Of a DNA stretch of 64,000 nt, positions 22,471 to 36,496 are shown in pieces. Location: the NCBI GenBank assembly GCA_013239625.1, contig MU057102.1, positions 1,141,432-1,205,431 on the forward strand, given 5' to 3'. The DNA comes from Lama guanicoe (taxonomy: Eukaryota). Position 1 is the stretch's first letter; each line of letters begins with the position of its first letter. The notes under the pieces were generated by a model, which was given only the letters and a program-made list of their open reading frames with translations, had not been told where the DNA came from and searched no databases. The translations under genes and the position numbers were made by a program.

Positions 22471-25400
22471 AGGCCAGGAGGTGACCAGACAGCCCACAAG
22501 AGGTGCCTCCTGGTGAGGTGGGCGAGGTCTGCTTGGGTCCTCGAGAGAGACCCGTTTGGGTCCAGAGAGAGCTCCGGCCAGGCCTCCCCAAACCATCTCC
22601 TCCCTTCTTCCACCCACACTTAACACACGCCAGCTGTAACCCAGGGCCGCACCCTTTGATCCACTGACCTCCATGTAGCTGCTGATCTATTTCATTCTTA
22701 TCCTCCGGGGGTCAGGGCGGCCTCCTGGCCCACTGAGCCCAGGCCTCAGCGTTCTCGAGCCAAACTCCCGTCCCTGAGGGCTGGGTGCTAGCTGGGGCCT
22801 GAAGCCTGTTTCTGACCCACCAGAGTGAGGAGGGAAAGAGAGTCCCCGAGCCTCCGCAGGGCTGCCCACGGGAGGCCTGGACCCTTGCCGGCTGTGGTCC
22901 GGGCGGCCCCTCCTGCAGCTGGGAGCTGGTGCCTGTTCAGCTGAGCAAGGCCATTTTAGGAACCTGGTGGAGGGACCCTCCCGGGGAGAGAGACCACTTC
23001 CTCATGCCGGCTGTGACTAGGAAACCCACGCTGTCACCAGCAGCCCCGCCTGGTGGGCAGGGCCCTCACTGAGCGGGTGGGAAATCCCCTGAGCCCTGAG
23101 GCCTCCCCTTTTCTCAGGAAACCGTCCCTGAGCCACTAGGGGCAGGCCCATGGGCCCCAGATGCAGGCGAGGCGCCAATGGGCAGGTCCTGACTTGGGCG
23201 GAGGCTGGCGGTGGGGAGGTGGGGGAGGAGAGAGGCAGACACCCTGAATGTGGCCCGTCGTGCAGAGATGCCTGGCTACAGAGCAGGGAGGGGGGCCCAG
23301 GGAGGGGCTGGAGACTCACAAGCAGAACCCGAACAGGATGACGGATCCCAGTGTTCCACTGAGATGCTTCGAAAGAGCAGAGCTGCCAGGACGCCACGTG
23401 CGTCCTGGTCCTGGCGGCCCCCTGAGCCCAGGCCGGCATGTGCTCCACCACACGTGCGGGGATCGCTGCTTCCAGAGTGCAGAGGGGAAGGACGCGGACG
23501 CCGGCTTGGCTGGGAGCCGGGGAGGGAGGCCAGACAGACAGAGCTGCATTCTGAAGGGTGCCTGGAGGTCTTCATGTGAGACAGGGGTGGGGACGGCACC
23601 TGGGACCAGGAGACAGGGCGTACGAGGCACCAGGGGTTGACACGACGTCAGGCCATTTAACAGGGCCGCGTGCAGAATTCCTGGAACCCGCCGGCCCGGG
23701 CAGCTGCTTCCTCTGGAAACGTGAGCAGCCTCCAGCCCGCTCCCTCCTCCCTGCCTGGAAGGGTGCCAGGGTCCCAGGGGTTTCCCTTGGGGCCGGGTGC
23801 CCACCCCCAGCTCTGGCCTTCAGAGGTGGTTGGGGGAGGGGACCAGGTCACAGCTGGAGCAGTGGGCGGGGGGCGGGGGTGGCGGCTTTGTGCTGCTGCT
23901 ATGGCCTCGCCAGCCGCTGGCTGCACGGGCCGTGCGGGTCCCCATGGAGGAGCAGGCAGCCCACCTCCTGCCTTTTCTCTGAGGCACAGGGCTGTTTGGG
24001 ACTGAGCCATACACAGGGAAACCGGAGTATTTCTGCCCAGAAACACGGCCATTCCTGCTTCTGTGTTAAGTCCATTTTAGAAGTTATGCTAGTTCAGGAG
24101 AAAGCAGGCCAGAGACAGCTGTGACGAACTAAAGCAGGCCGTCCCCATCCCTGGGCCCTCTCTTGCATCTGCAAGGGAGGGTTGGCGAGGAAGTGGGCCT
24201 GGCGACAGCCCTGTGGGCTTAGGCTCCCCCTCAATGTCGTCCCAAGGACCCTGGGAGGTGAGGCAGCTCCCTGAGCTGCCGTCGGAGTGGCTACCATTCG
24301 CCTGACATCAGAGGGGTGCCCTCCGGAGTCCAGTGCACAGAGGCCTTGGGGACAAAAGGACACTGGGCAGCTGGGCTGGGCGCATCGGGCGTGGGGAGTG
24401 GCTCGCAGAAGTGCCCCAGCCTGGGATCCCTAGGGGCTGAGAAAGAGGGTGGGCACGGCACCAAGCCACCAGTCCCTGGATGTCCTGTCCAGGGACTCGG
24501 GAGGAGAGCAGGTTGCGGGGGTAGGCCTCCTCCCCTGGCATTCAGAGCCGGGGGGTCTGGCCTCCGCGGATGCATAGCTGTGTGGCCTTTCTGAGGTTCA
24601 CATTTCTCCTGGTCAGCACTGACCCCCTGGGATGGTCGGCAGGCCTCTGGCTGTCTCCCGGCTCTGCCTGGACCTGCTGCGGTCTCACTGGATGGCCGCC
24701 CCACCTCCCCTCCCTTTCCCCCTACGTGTTCCCCCCCATTCACGGTTCCTGTCTCCCCCAGGGGGGGGCCTTCCTGACTGTCGGGCTCCCTTCCCTCCAC
24801 CGCTGGGGTTAGGAGACACTCTTCCCTTCCCGGAGCTTGCCACGTGGAACCCGCACTAAATTGTTCATGTCCACATCCCCAGTCACAGCAGTCCTCCTCC
24901 TCTGTGCCCACCGCCCGCACAGAGCTGGCCACAGAGTAGGGGTCAGCGAGGGTTTGTTGGGGTCTGACCTCTCGATCCTGCAGGCAGAGGTGATGATGGA
25001 GGGGCCTGGGCCCGGGATGAGCTCAGGGCCAAAGTCAGTTCTGGGAGTCAGCAGGACCCAGCGGGGAGTGGGTCTGGGCTGCACATCTGCCCCCTGCCCG
25101 CCCCGGCGCCCCCACCCGGGTGAGACGCTCCTTGCCCCACACAGAGCGTCTCCGAGGGATTGCTGGTGTCTCCAGGGAGCAGCGTGGCTGTGGCCCGTCT
25201 CCCCAGCCGAGGACCAAGCGGGCAGCTAGGAGACACCCAGAGGCAGCAGGATGGCCAGTAGGAGCTGGTTGTTTTGGTGTGAGCTTCTGTGTTTTTTTCC
25301 TTTTTAAAGCTAGGGACCCTGGGCACGGAGATGCGGGTGTGGGGGAGGGGTGTGAGTGTGTATCTGCGTGCAGGAGTGTGTGTGCTGGGGGAGTCAGTTG

Positions 25401-27374
25401 TCCGCCTCCCAGGGTCCCGGCTTCCCCATCTGTAACGTGGGTGACGTGCTTTCTCTGCTGGCTGCAGTGAACCTGGCCGAGGCAGCTGGTACATGCAGGT
25501 GGTGACAAATACTCGTGTCTGAGGCTCACTGGGAGCCTGCGGAGACTCGCTGCTGTCCTGGATCCATGTCTGGTCCTCAAGCTGGGCTGGCTCTTGGACG
25601 GAAGCCTGGAGAGAGGGTAGGGGCAGGAGCTGGAGGGAACTGGGCTCCATAAGTTGTTCTGAAAATATTATTTCCTGGGTCTAATGAGGGTCCAGCTCCC
25701 CTTATTGTGGTGAAAACTCAAGGCAGGGAAATAAACCCAAGGGCCCATGGCTCATCCCACCTCCCACCTCTCCTCTTCTTCTCTTTCTGCACAAGTGCTG
25801 GAACCAACCTCTCGAGGGATAGAATGGAGCCCCTTCCCTGGGTTGAACATGCTCCAGGGACTTCTCTCTGCCTTCACGGGGCTCTCAGTGCCGTGGGGCC
25901 TCCTGCCTCTTCTGGAACAGCCTGTGAGCCTGTCCTGTGCCCCAGACCTTAGTCCCGTGGTGTCTTGACAGCTAGACAGCTGCTCCCACCCACCTCCTGT
26001 CTCCTGCCCGCTCTCTGCTGCAGGGACCAGGGTAGAGCTGGGAGACTGGCCCGGGGGCTCTTGGGTGGTCCAGGGCGGGTGGGTACATCTGGGCTCTGAG
26101 CCCTGCGCTGCTGGCCTGGAGTTCCCTGGGTCTGCCCCTGGGTGCCTGACCCCCCAGAACCCGCCCCGAGAGCGAGTGAGTCTGGAGGAGGTCAGACCTG
26201 CCTATCAGTTTGCAGTTTTGTCCCCAGAAAGGGAGTTTGGGGGTGGGCTCTCCTGTTGCCCCCTGTGTCCTGCCCTGTGCAGAGGGGATTCCTGCTGGCC
26301 CAGCCTGGGTTTGGAGCTGAAATCTCACCGACAATCATCAGAGAACAGTGAGACCCTAACCCTCACCCTCTGTGTGAGTTAGCAGGTCCGTTCCTTGTCC
26401 CCTCTGTCCTCGAGGCGGAAGCTGAGCTGGGGCGTGGTTAGTCCCTTTCCCTGTGGCTGTGGCTAGGGGTGGGCCTCTGTGCTCCTCAGCCCCAACCGAG
26501 GCTGCACGGCCCGCCCTCCCTGTCACACTTGCCTGTGTTCCAGGCCCCAAAGGGTGCTCTGTGTCCTCCTGTGTCCTTCAATTGGTGACAAAGCCCCTGA
26601 CTCTGGGAGCATCGTCTGGCCGGTCGTAAGGGCCCTCACTCATCCCTGACCCCAGGAAAGATTGATGCGTAATGCTCAGCTCTTGGGGGGAGACCCGGGG
26701 GGGCCCCCCGGGTGTGGGGAGCAGGGGCTGGTTCCGCTTCGGCCACTTCCTTTTTTCCTGCCCTCTGCCACCTGCTTCCTGCCTGCCCGGGGTAGCCTGG
26801 GACCCGGCCCATTTCCTGTGAAACTGGACGACGCTCCTTCCGGGGACTCAGCTGGAGAGCAGGCCTCTTCCAGCGAGAGACAAGGAGCCCCCTGCGCCAC
26901 TCTGGCCGCAGAGGTTGTTTATGAGGAGCAGCAGGACCTCCTGGGAACCCGAGGCTAAAAGCACAGCGCAGCTGAGCCCTGGGGGGAACAGAACTGGACA
27001 GCCTTCTCTCGGGAGATGTGTTGCCTCTGGGGACGTCATTCCTGACTTCTCGCTGGGGGGGACGTGAGGTGGGCTTATCCCTAAACCATGGCCCCAGGGG
27101 TGTCCCAACACAGCCTTTATGGCGCTCCGAAGCCTCCACGCGCCAGGCTCTGAGCTGTTTCCTTGGGGTCCCTTGCTGAGCAAGAACAGGCACCCCACCC
27201 GCCCGTAAGGACGCCTAGCTGGAAGCAAACGTCGGCACATGTCTCCCAGAGCCTGTTCCTGGTGGGCTCGTGCAGTCTGGAGAGAAAGTAAAGGCCTGGA
27301 AGGATGCCCATGGGTCCACCAGGCAAGTCACTGCTGACACCGCCCTCTGCTTTCTCCACAGAGGCCAGCCTGGC

Positions 27375-27395
27375 ATGCAGAGTCCTTGGCATTGA
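27375..27395 (+). other. Candidate uORF (MQSPWH*) in the exon 2 leader
   Basis: ATG CAG AGT CCT TGG CAT TGA, out of frame with the CDS, ending 14 nt before the main ATG; present only if the acceptor at 27361 is used. Confidence 0.5.
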
Positions 27396-27409
27396 GGCCA
27401 CCACCAGTC

Positions 27410-27578
27410 ATGAAGGGCCTGGCGGAGGTGGCCTCTGAGGAGCCAGCCCCGAAGGGGAGAGGGCCGGCAGGACCCTCAGGAGGCAGCGGCGGCAGTGAGG
27501 TCCAGAGAGTGCCTGTGAGCGCGTCGGTCGTCTGGGAGCGAGCAGGGCCCGAGGAGGCCAAGGCCACGGTCAGAGAGG
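27410..27578 (+). CDS. SH3TC1: SH3TC1 exon 2, coding part (MKGLAEVASEEPAP...EEAKATVRE)
   Basis: ATG 27410 in context gtcATGa; donor G|gtgagt at 27579 (phase 1); pyrimidine tract and AG at 27360-27361, with a second AG at 27379-27380. Confidence 0.9.
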
Positions 27579-28899
27579 GTGAGTGTGGCGTGCCTGTCCA
27601 CCCCACCGTCCGCCCCGCCCAGGACGGAGCTGGGGGTCTGCACTGGCCGCGAGCGTGCAGAGAGTACAGCGCCCAGGGAGGGCTCACGGGAGACGGGGCC
27701 TACCTTGTGCCTCTCCAGGGCACGGAGAGAGGGGCAGAGGGTGGAAATTCTAGAAATGCAGTCCTAGGCGACTTTATAGCTCTTGTACAACTTTGTGTTC
27801 CCATAGTCCTGCTTTGTCCTCAGGATGTGAACCCTTGGATTACGCAGGACAGGACATTCCCCTAGGAGGCCCAGGGAGGAGAAGGGACCAGTGCCTGGGC
27901 CAGGCCTTGGGCAGGATTACTTCCTGGGTGGAGGAGGATGAGGGCAGTGATGGGGGCAGGGCCGCAGCCCACCTGGCCAGCCCAGGTGCGCACAGGAGGG
28001 GTCGTGCAGGGATGCAAGCCTGGGCTGGCTGCCGGCGGACCTGGTTCTGATCCTGTTTGTCAACTTGGGCCTCAATTTCCCCCCGGGAAACCTGAGGGGT
28101 GGCCACTCTGTACCTCCTAGGGTCCTGGAGGAGGGGAGGGAGGAAGGGAGGGGGAAGGCTGAGGTGGGCCCAGGCTCCTCCTCGAGCCAGGACACTTTGC
28201 CCTCCTGCCCCTCCCCAGGCTTCCCACTGTCACATTGTCCACCTTCCTCCTGGCCACCTGCTTAGTTGCCCACTGGGGGTCTGGGCTTGGCACACAGCAG
28301 ATGCCCGGTGAATATCTGAATGATCAATGATGGATGCTTTGGGAGAACGGAAACAAAGCCTCATGCTCGGTGCCTGGCCCGGAGCCCGGCATGGTGCGTG
28401 CTTGGTGGTCGGAGGAATCTTTACCCCTGTTTTCTTGGTCTTTCCGGGCTTAAGCGGAGATGGAGAGGGCTGGGGTGTCCCTCGTGGGTGGCAGTGCCTG
28501 TCGTCGGACACCTGTCTGGCCTGGAAGAGGGGCTCCTAGGAGCTATGGAGGCCTGGCCTGGGGGTCCCACGGGGTTGGCCCCCCAGAGCACGGCAGCACG
28601 GGATGGAGGAGCTGGGACCTGCTGGGTCCTGCTGGGTACACACGAGTGGGACCAGCCTCCCACGGGGCAGCCAGTGCAGGCAGGGCCCCCTCCTAGAGCG
28701 CAGGATCCCTGCGGGCTGGTGCTGCGGCCGAGCCAAAGCACCCTGACCGGGTTGCTAGGTGTTTCCCGCCCTAGCAGCTCCACGACCTGGCTGGGAGCCC
28801 GGGCAGCGGCATCAGGGAGCTCCTCCGGTCTCCTCAGGCGTGCCAGCCACGAGCAGCCATGTGGCCAGTGGACTCTCACCACATCCACCTTTCGGCTTC

Positions 28900-29870
28900 T
28901 TTTGCAAATTGGCCACGAAAGTTGCAAGAAATAATACAAACATTTCCATCTGCCCTCACCCAGATTCCTCAAACGTTAACATTTCACATTTGCTTTCTTT
29001 CTGTATTTACATATTTTTTTCAGGGTAGTTTTAAGAGTAAATTGCAGAAATGTTGCCCCTTTCTCTCACAAGTACTTTGGCGTGTATATTTCCTAAAACC
29101 AGGAACTGCTCTTACAGAGCCACAGTGCAGTGATTTCAAAGTTACTTCCTGCTTTACAAAACACTGTTATCTAATTTACAGACCTCGTTCAGATCCTGCA
29201 TCTGGCCCCATAATGGCCTTTACAGCAAAAGGAAACCTTGGCCAGGCCGTGTGTTCTGTGGGCATGTGTCTGCGGGGTCGTTTAACCTGGAGGGTGATTC
29301 TTTGAAGACGACGGGCCAGTTATCCTGTGGCAGGCAGGAGTGCGGGCGGTGCCCCGCGCAGAAACCCCCGGAAGTGAGGTGTCCCTCTCGTGCAGCCGGC
29401 CAGGAGGCTGCGACATCCATCTGGCCGGTCCCTGGCGATGTCCACGTCTCAGGGCAATCACTTGATTAAGGGGACGTTCGGCAGTTTCCCCCACCATAAA
29501 GCCATCTCTCCTCCCGGTCATGAGGAAGGAGCCCGTGGGAAGGTGCTTGGGGACCTTGTGGATATGCTGTTCCTCTTCAAACTGGGACGGCACTAGTTCT
29601 TTTCATCCATGCTCGGTTCTGGACGGAAACCGCAGTGTGATGATGGCTGCTCGATGGTGACTTCCAGCCCTGTGTCCCCTCTGTGTGGATTAGTGGACTT
29701 TCCACTGTAGCAGAGAGCTGCTCCCCCGCCCGTCACTCATTTGTTTATCTTCCTGTGGGCTCAGAGGTCTTTAGTTTATCCTCTGGACTGTATCAGTTGC
29801 TGTCATTATTTTGCTGTGATTCAGTCCTGTGATGTGTCTCCAATATCCTCTGAGCATGTCCTACTTTCTG
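28900..29870 (-). mobile_element. Ancient L1 (L1MC/ME-like) 3' region
   Basis: AT-rich; ccctcacccagattcc, gttaacatttcacatttgc, gtgtatatttcctaaaaccagga; related to 40215-40800. Confidence 0.6.
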
Positions 29871-30339
29871 GGACCACGAGAGGAGGTCCCAGGGCGATGA
29901 AGACGCTGCACTGAGGTTCAGCACCTCCTGCTGCAGCCATGGGTGTTTCCACATCAGATCTCCCTTGATCCTAAGGCCCCAATCGTTCATCCCATTTTAC
30001 AGACAAGGAAATGGAGCAGGGCAGAGACAGCGGTTGGGGAAGCCCCTGGCCCAGATACCAACTGTGAGCTGGCCTCGAGGCTGGAGGCTGGGATATAGGG
30101 ACGACCAGCAGAGGACAGAGTTGCCACTCAGGGTTCAGCAGCCGGTCCTCTGCTCAGGCCCCTGGGAGCCCCTCTGCCCCTGCACTTTGGGTTATCACAC
30201 CAAGCCTCACCAGGCTGTGGTCTCACCCAAGGCCGAGAGGACACGTGGCACCCCCAGTGAGTGGCTGGTCCAGCTTGATCCACCATGCAGCCCCATCCAC
30301 CCCAGACCCCAAGTTCCCTCTGGACTGTCACCCCTCCTC

Positions 30340-30692
30340 TGCGGTCAGCAGAATACTCATCCCCAAAGATGTCCACATCCTGATCCCCAGAACCTGTGCA
30401 TGCATATGTCCTCCCATGGCCAAGGAGACTGTGGATGGGAGCATGGATCTTAGATGGGGGTCAGAGGCGGAGGATGCTGGGATGCCGGCTTTGGAGATGG
30501 AGGAGGGGCCGCAAGCCAAGGAATGCGGGCACCTCTAGGAGCTGGAGAAGCCAGGACACGGATTCTCCCTGGAGCCTCCCAAAGGAGCCAGCCCTGCCGA
30601 CACACTGACTTTGACCAGCGAGACCCTTCTCAAACCCAGAAAATCAAGATGACACAGTAACATGGGTTACTGGTCACAGCACAACAGGAAAC
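30340..30692 (+). mobile_element. MaLR LTR (MLT1D-like, internally deleted)
   Basis: ccccaaagatgtccacatcctgatccccagaacctgtg, gccaaggaatgcgggcacctctaggagctgga, gattctccctggagcctcc. Confidence 0.75.
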
Positions 30693-30865
30693 TTGCAGCC
30701 TGCTGACCTCGTCGTGTTCTGTCACCTTGGAGGAAGGGTGTGAGCTGTGGTTTGCAGGGGTATGAACACACCTTTCTTCCAGAAACATCCCGGGGTGCAG
30801 CGCCTGTGTGCCTGAGAGTCGCCTGCCTGCCCACACTTTGACCACAGGACCCTGCTCTTTTACAG

Positions 30866-30940
30866 ACGCTGCCGCTGCCCCGGGTGCCTCTCAGCCGGCT
30901 GCCACGCCCCCTCCCGGCCAGATGGGATCACACCCCACAG
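30866..30940 (+). CDS. SH3TC1: SH3TC1 exon 3 (DAAAAPGASQPAATPPPGQMGSHPT)
   Basis: Acceptor ctcttttacag|, donor cag|gtggac; 75 nt, phase 1-1; similar to human ...PPCQMGVYPT. Confidence 0.88.
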
Positions 30941-31871
30941 GTGGACGTCCTCAGTGCTGCACCACTCTGCAGGGTTTAATCTGGGCTGGGCTGTGAATGT
31001 GGGGCTCCCGGGCAAACCCCCTTCTTTCTCTCCCCTTCCTCTGGGCCTCGACTGTCCCGCTCAGGAATGTCTGACCCAGGCTTCAGCAATGCAGCCCCCG
31101 ACTTTCAGCCGTGAGACTGCTGTTGTCGGGGGCTTGCTAGTGCTGACACCAGGTCACACCCAGGCTCTGAGGCGGTGGTCTGGGGTAGGGACTCTGCATT
31201 TGCACTTGGGATCAGAAAGTTGGGGTTCACCCGCACTGGTGAAGGGCTCCCCTGGGCTCTGTGTTTGCATCTGCCCAAAGGAGAGGGCATGGCCCTGGAA
31301 GCCCCATGCAGGGGAAGTGAGACTCCACGAGAGACACCCTGGGGAGGGGCCGAGGTGGGACGTGGTCCCCACTGTAAGCGGTGGGACAGGGGGTTGGGAG
31401 GGGCCCTCGGGAGAGGCATCCATGGATCCGCTTCCAGGGAGGGCCTCCTGCAGGATGCCGACTTGGGGAGGCAGTAGGAGGCTGTTACCCTGGAGGCCCC
31501 CCCTCTGAGTTCCAGCTGCAGGGGACACAGAGACCCCAGCTTTGTTGGAGGCTCACCTTTGCCTCAATGGCCACATGGCCTCCAGCCTTCCTTCCGGGTG
31601 GTCAGTGCTGCCTCTGGTCACTGGGGACGCTCAGGGCTGTGAGCACTGAGGCAGATTATAGGAGGGGTCACATCTTAGAACTGGTTGGAAAACACTGGGC
31701 CAGGCTTCCTGCTGGGGGAGGGGCTTGATTCCAGATCCCAGAAGTCTCCATGCTGTCCTGCCCCTGGCCCTGTCCGCCCCGGGAGAGGCTGAAGATGTCT
31801 GCTCCAGGGTCCCCTAGCTAGAAAGTTCTAAGGCAGGTGCAGGGCTTATTCAGAGGGTATGAAAAGCCTGT

Positions 31872-31970
31872 CCCTACCCCCACCCCCACCCATTCTATCC
31901 CTCTTCCTCTCCCTCCCTCTTCCCCCTCTCTTCTCTCCACCCCCTCTCCTTCTCTCCCACTCTCCTCCCC
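31872..31970. repeat. Polypyrimidine low-complexity tract
   Basis: About 100 bp of almost only C/T. Confidence 0.75.
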
Positions 31971-31989
31971 AGCTTTGGAACAGCCCATG

Positions 31990-32300
31990 CTCTGGGCATC
32001 CCTGTGGCCAGGAGGCCTCTCAGGGAAACTGGTGGGGGGTAGACAGGGGACATTTGAGCTGAGATCTGAGTCATAGGGCAGCCAACCAGGCCAGGAGTGG
32101 GTCTGGGAGAGGATATGGTGAGTGCAAAGGCCCTGGGGCCGGTGGCATGCGGGAATGCCTTCATGTTTCAGGGTGGCAGAGAGAAGGCCACAGGCTAGGA
32201 GGGAGGGAGGGAAGAGGTGGAAGGTGGGGAGGAGCAGGGCAGAGGCTCAGGCTGTGCCAGCAAATGAGTGGAAAGGGTTTGCACTTTGTTCCTCCTGAGA
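31990..32300 (-). mobile_element. L2 LINE relic (similar fragments near 12400, 34300, 40950, 47000 and 53900)
   Basis: gacatttgagctgagatctga, gtgcaaaggccctgggg; purine-rich L2 antisense signature. Confidence 0.5.
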
Positions 32301-32312
32301 TGGGAAACCGCG

Positions 32313-32518
32313 GCAGCCGCGCTGTCCGACACCGTAGCTGTGCGGCCAGTTATGCTTACGTTTAACTCAGATAAAATAAGGAATCCAGTGCCTCGCCTAC
32401 GCTGCCACTGCCCACACATTAAGAGCTCAGGGCCTCATGTGGCTGGTGGCTGCCGTGCGGGACCGTGCAGAGAGCAAACACGCTCATCCCTGCAGAAATT
32501 TCCAGTGGCAGGCACTGC
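32313..32518. mobile_element. MER3-like hAT relic
   Basis: gcgctgtccgacaccgtagc, catgtggctggtggctgccgt, catccctgcagaaa. Confidence 0.55.
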
Positions 32519-33150
32519 CCAGAGGGCTGGGAGCTGGGTCATGCAGTGAGCCAGTGCTGGCTGTGAGGGGACCATCTGGGTCTCTGTGGACCAGAAAACT
32601 GTTTGGAGGGAGGGCCAGGCCTAAGACACTGCCCAGGCAGGCCTACGGGGTGGGGCCGCGGCAGGTTCCACCTGGTTTTGCAGGTGGAGCCAGTGGGGTG
32701 TGATGGAGGGAGGCGTCCTTGGTTGAGCGGGGCAGGGGCTGGGGCTCCCTTTGGAGATGGTAAAAGAGGAGAGTCCGGTCTGGGGGGCATGCGGGGTTGA
32801 GAGTCCTGGGATGCCCTGTCTGATGGAGGCTGGATGCCCCATTGGAGCTCGGGCGGGGAAGAGGTCAGGCTGGTGGTCACGGGGACTCGGGGCCACTTGC
32901 TGAGCGCTTGTTCCGGGCCGGCCTGTCCTGGGCTGTGGCTGTACCACCGCTCCTTCCCTCCCGTCTCTCTGTGAGATGGAGGCAGCCTGCGACTGTTTAC
33001 AAGGAAAGAAACTGGGGCTCAGGGGCGATAAGCCACTGTACCAAGTTTCACGGGTGGCGCACATGGGGCTGGAACCCAGGGCCCCACGGCTTTGCGCTGG
33101 GGCTCACGGGGGTGGGATAGCCCCCCACAGAGCGCCTGGCCCGCGCCTAA

Positions 33151-33408
<258 letters not shown>

Positions 33409-34426
33409 TAGGAAGAGGAGGGCCTGTCCGTGATGTCAGGCCTCCTGGGACGACGGTCAGGGGAGGGGGCGGCCATGCCTTGACCTCACCTGATGGTGGC
33501 ACTGTGACTTGTCCCGTTTGCACTCCTGGATTTCTGGCGCCAGGGATCACGGATTACACGCTGCAGCCCAGACACATGTGGGCTGTTCCGAATGCCCCAG
33601 CTCCTATCTCCAGGGACGTGCCACCCTGCCAGGACTTTTAGTCTCTTTCTAGGGAGTAAGAAGGACCGGTGTGGGTTGAGCTTACTCTTTGATTTGTTGG
33701 TGACTGGCCTCTGCACAGAGGGCCGGTCTGGCAGGAGGGTGGTGAAGGCGGCTGGGCGGTCACCATCTGACCTTGCACTCAGCCTGGCTTGACCTTGGCC
33801 GGTGCCCCTGAGCCTCTGTGAATGCCGCTTCCTCAGCCACACACTGGGGTTGCTTAGAACTGCTGCCCCACGGAGCTGATGGGAGGGCCTGTGCACAGCA
33901 GGCGTCGCACACTCAGCACAGTGCTCCGCTACGGGGCTGCCCCTGTGGGGCCAGGCAAGAGTAGGTGGTTAAACGCACTGGCTCTGGTCTGATTCCCGGC
34001 TGTGCCAATTACTGAGGGTCAGACCTCAGAGAGGAAATGGGGCCTTATTTTCTCAATTCAAATGGAGATGTTGTGAGCACCCACTGCCCCCAACACACAC
34101 GCTTGGTCGGTGTCAGCCTGGCGTTACTTTTAATGCCCCAGCACCATCAGGAGTGTTCATGGGATGGACGTAAGGAGATGGGATGATGGATTTACTATTG
34201 AAACCCAAGTTGAAGCTGCAGGAGGGGGCCGGAGGCGAGGCTGGGGCTGCACAGGGCTGAGCACAGCCGGAGCACGGAGAACCTGGTATCGCTGGTGTGT
34301 TGGGCTTGCGGCAGGTGGAACTGTCACATGGGGTCACAGAGGATGCAGGCTCAGAGCATGGAGGCCGGGCAAGCTCTGGGAAGGAGTAGGGCTTGGTACA
34401 GCACTGAGGAGCTACAGATGGCTTGA

Positions 34427-34789
<363 letters not shown>

Positions 34790-35205
34790 TAGCTCATGAC
34801 AGCCTCTCCGTGCGCTCCCCTGTTCTCCATGAGGACTGATGTCACAGGAGGAGCTGCAGACTCACACGGGTCTGTGCTGGGAACACGTCTTACACCGAGT
34901 TTCCAAATTCCTTCCAAGTCTGTGCCCGAGGGAAACTGAGCTCTGACTGGCAGAGCACAGACCAGGAAACGTGTCTCAGCCTCCACCCGAGTGGTTTCTT
35001 CCTGAAACAGTCCCTGTTTTAAAGGAGGCTTCAGCTGTCTAAGTTCCTCTCCTTGGGAACCCTGCTGCCCCACGCCCAGGCTGAGGACCGAGGAAGTGGA
35101 AAATAAGAATCAGGAAGACAGTTTCTTGTGCACCTTGAGCAGGGCTATGCCAGCACCCCCAGCATTCTGATCTCCCTGAATGCTCTTGTCCCATCTCATT
35201 CATAG

Positions 35206-35751
<546 letters not shown>

Positions 35752-36280
35752 TGAGCAGGGAGGGTACGTGCTTCTGGAACTTAGTTGTGCAGACCGTGGT
35801 CAGCCCCCAAAGAAACGCCAGAAGAGGGGCTTTTGCAAGTGTCCCACCCCTACCCCGCGTCCCTGCCCCAGCTGTCGCTCCGAGAGCCTCGGTGGCCTCA
35901 CAGGTGGGCTCCGAGCCTGCAGCGAACACAGCGCGAGCTGTGCGTCCTGCTGCGGCCACAGAGCAGACGGGGTGGGGGCCGGCTGCGGTCAGACTTGCTG
36001 GCGGGTGTCCAGGCCACAGGGCCCTTGGGATCGCGTGTCTGGCCCCTCATAGCCCAGACAGAGGGGAAACTGAGGTCCAGGGAGTCAGGATGAGCCGGGC
36101 TCCCAGGGCCAGCCCAGGCAGAGGAGGGACTCCTGTCCAGGTCCAGCCTCCCAGTCCGGGCCCTGGGGGCCTCCAGTGTCTTTCTGTGGATGTAGAAACG
36201 GAGTGGAGGGGAGGGGAAAGGACCTCTGCAGTGCTGCCTGGTGGGGCGGGGTGGTCCTGCCCTGTGTCCAGCTGCCCTAA

Positions 36281-36496
<216 letters not shown>

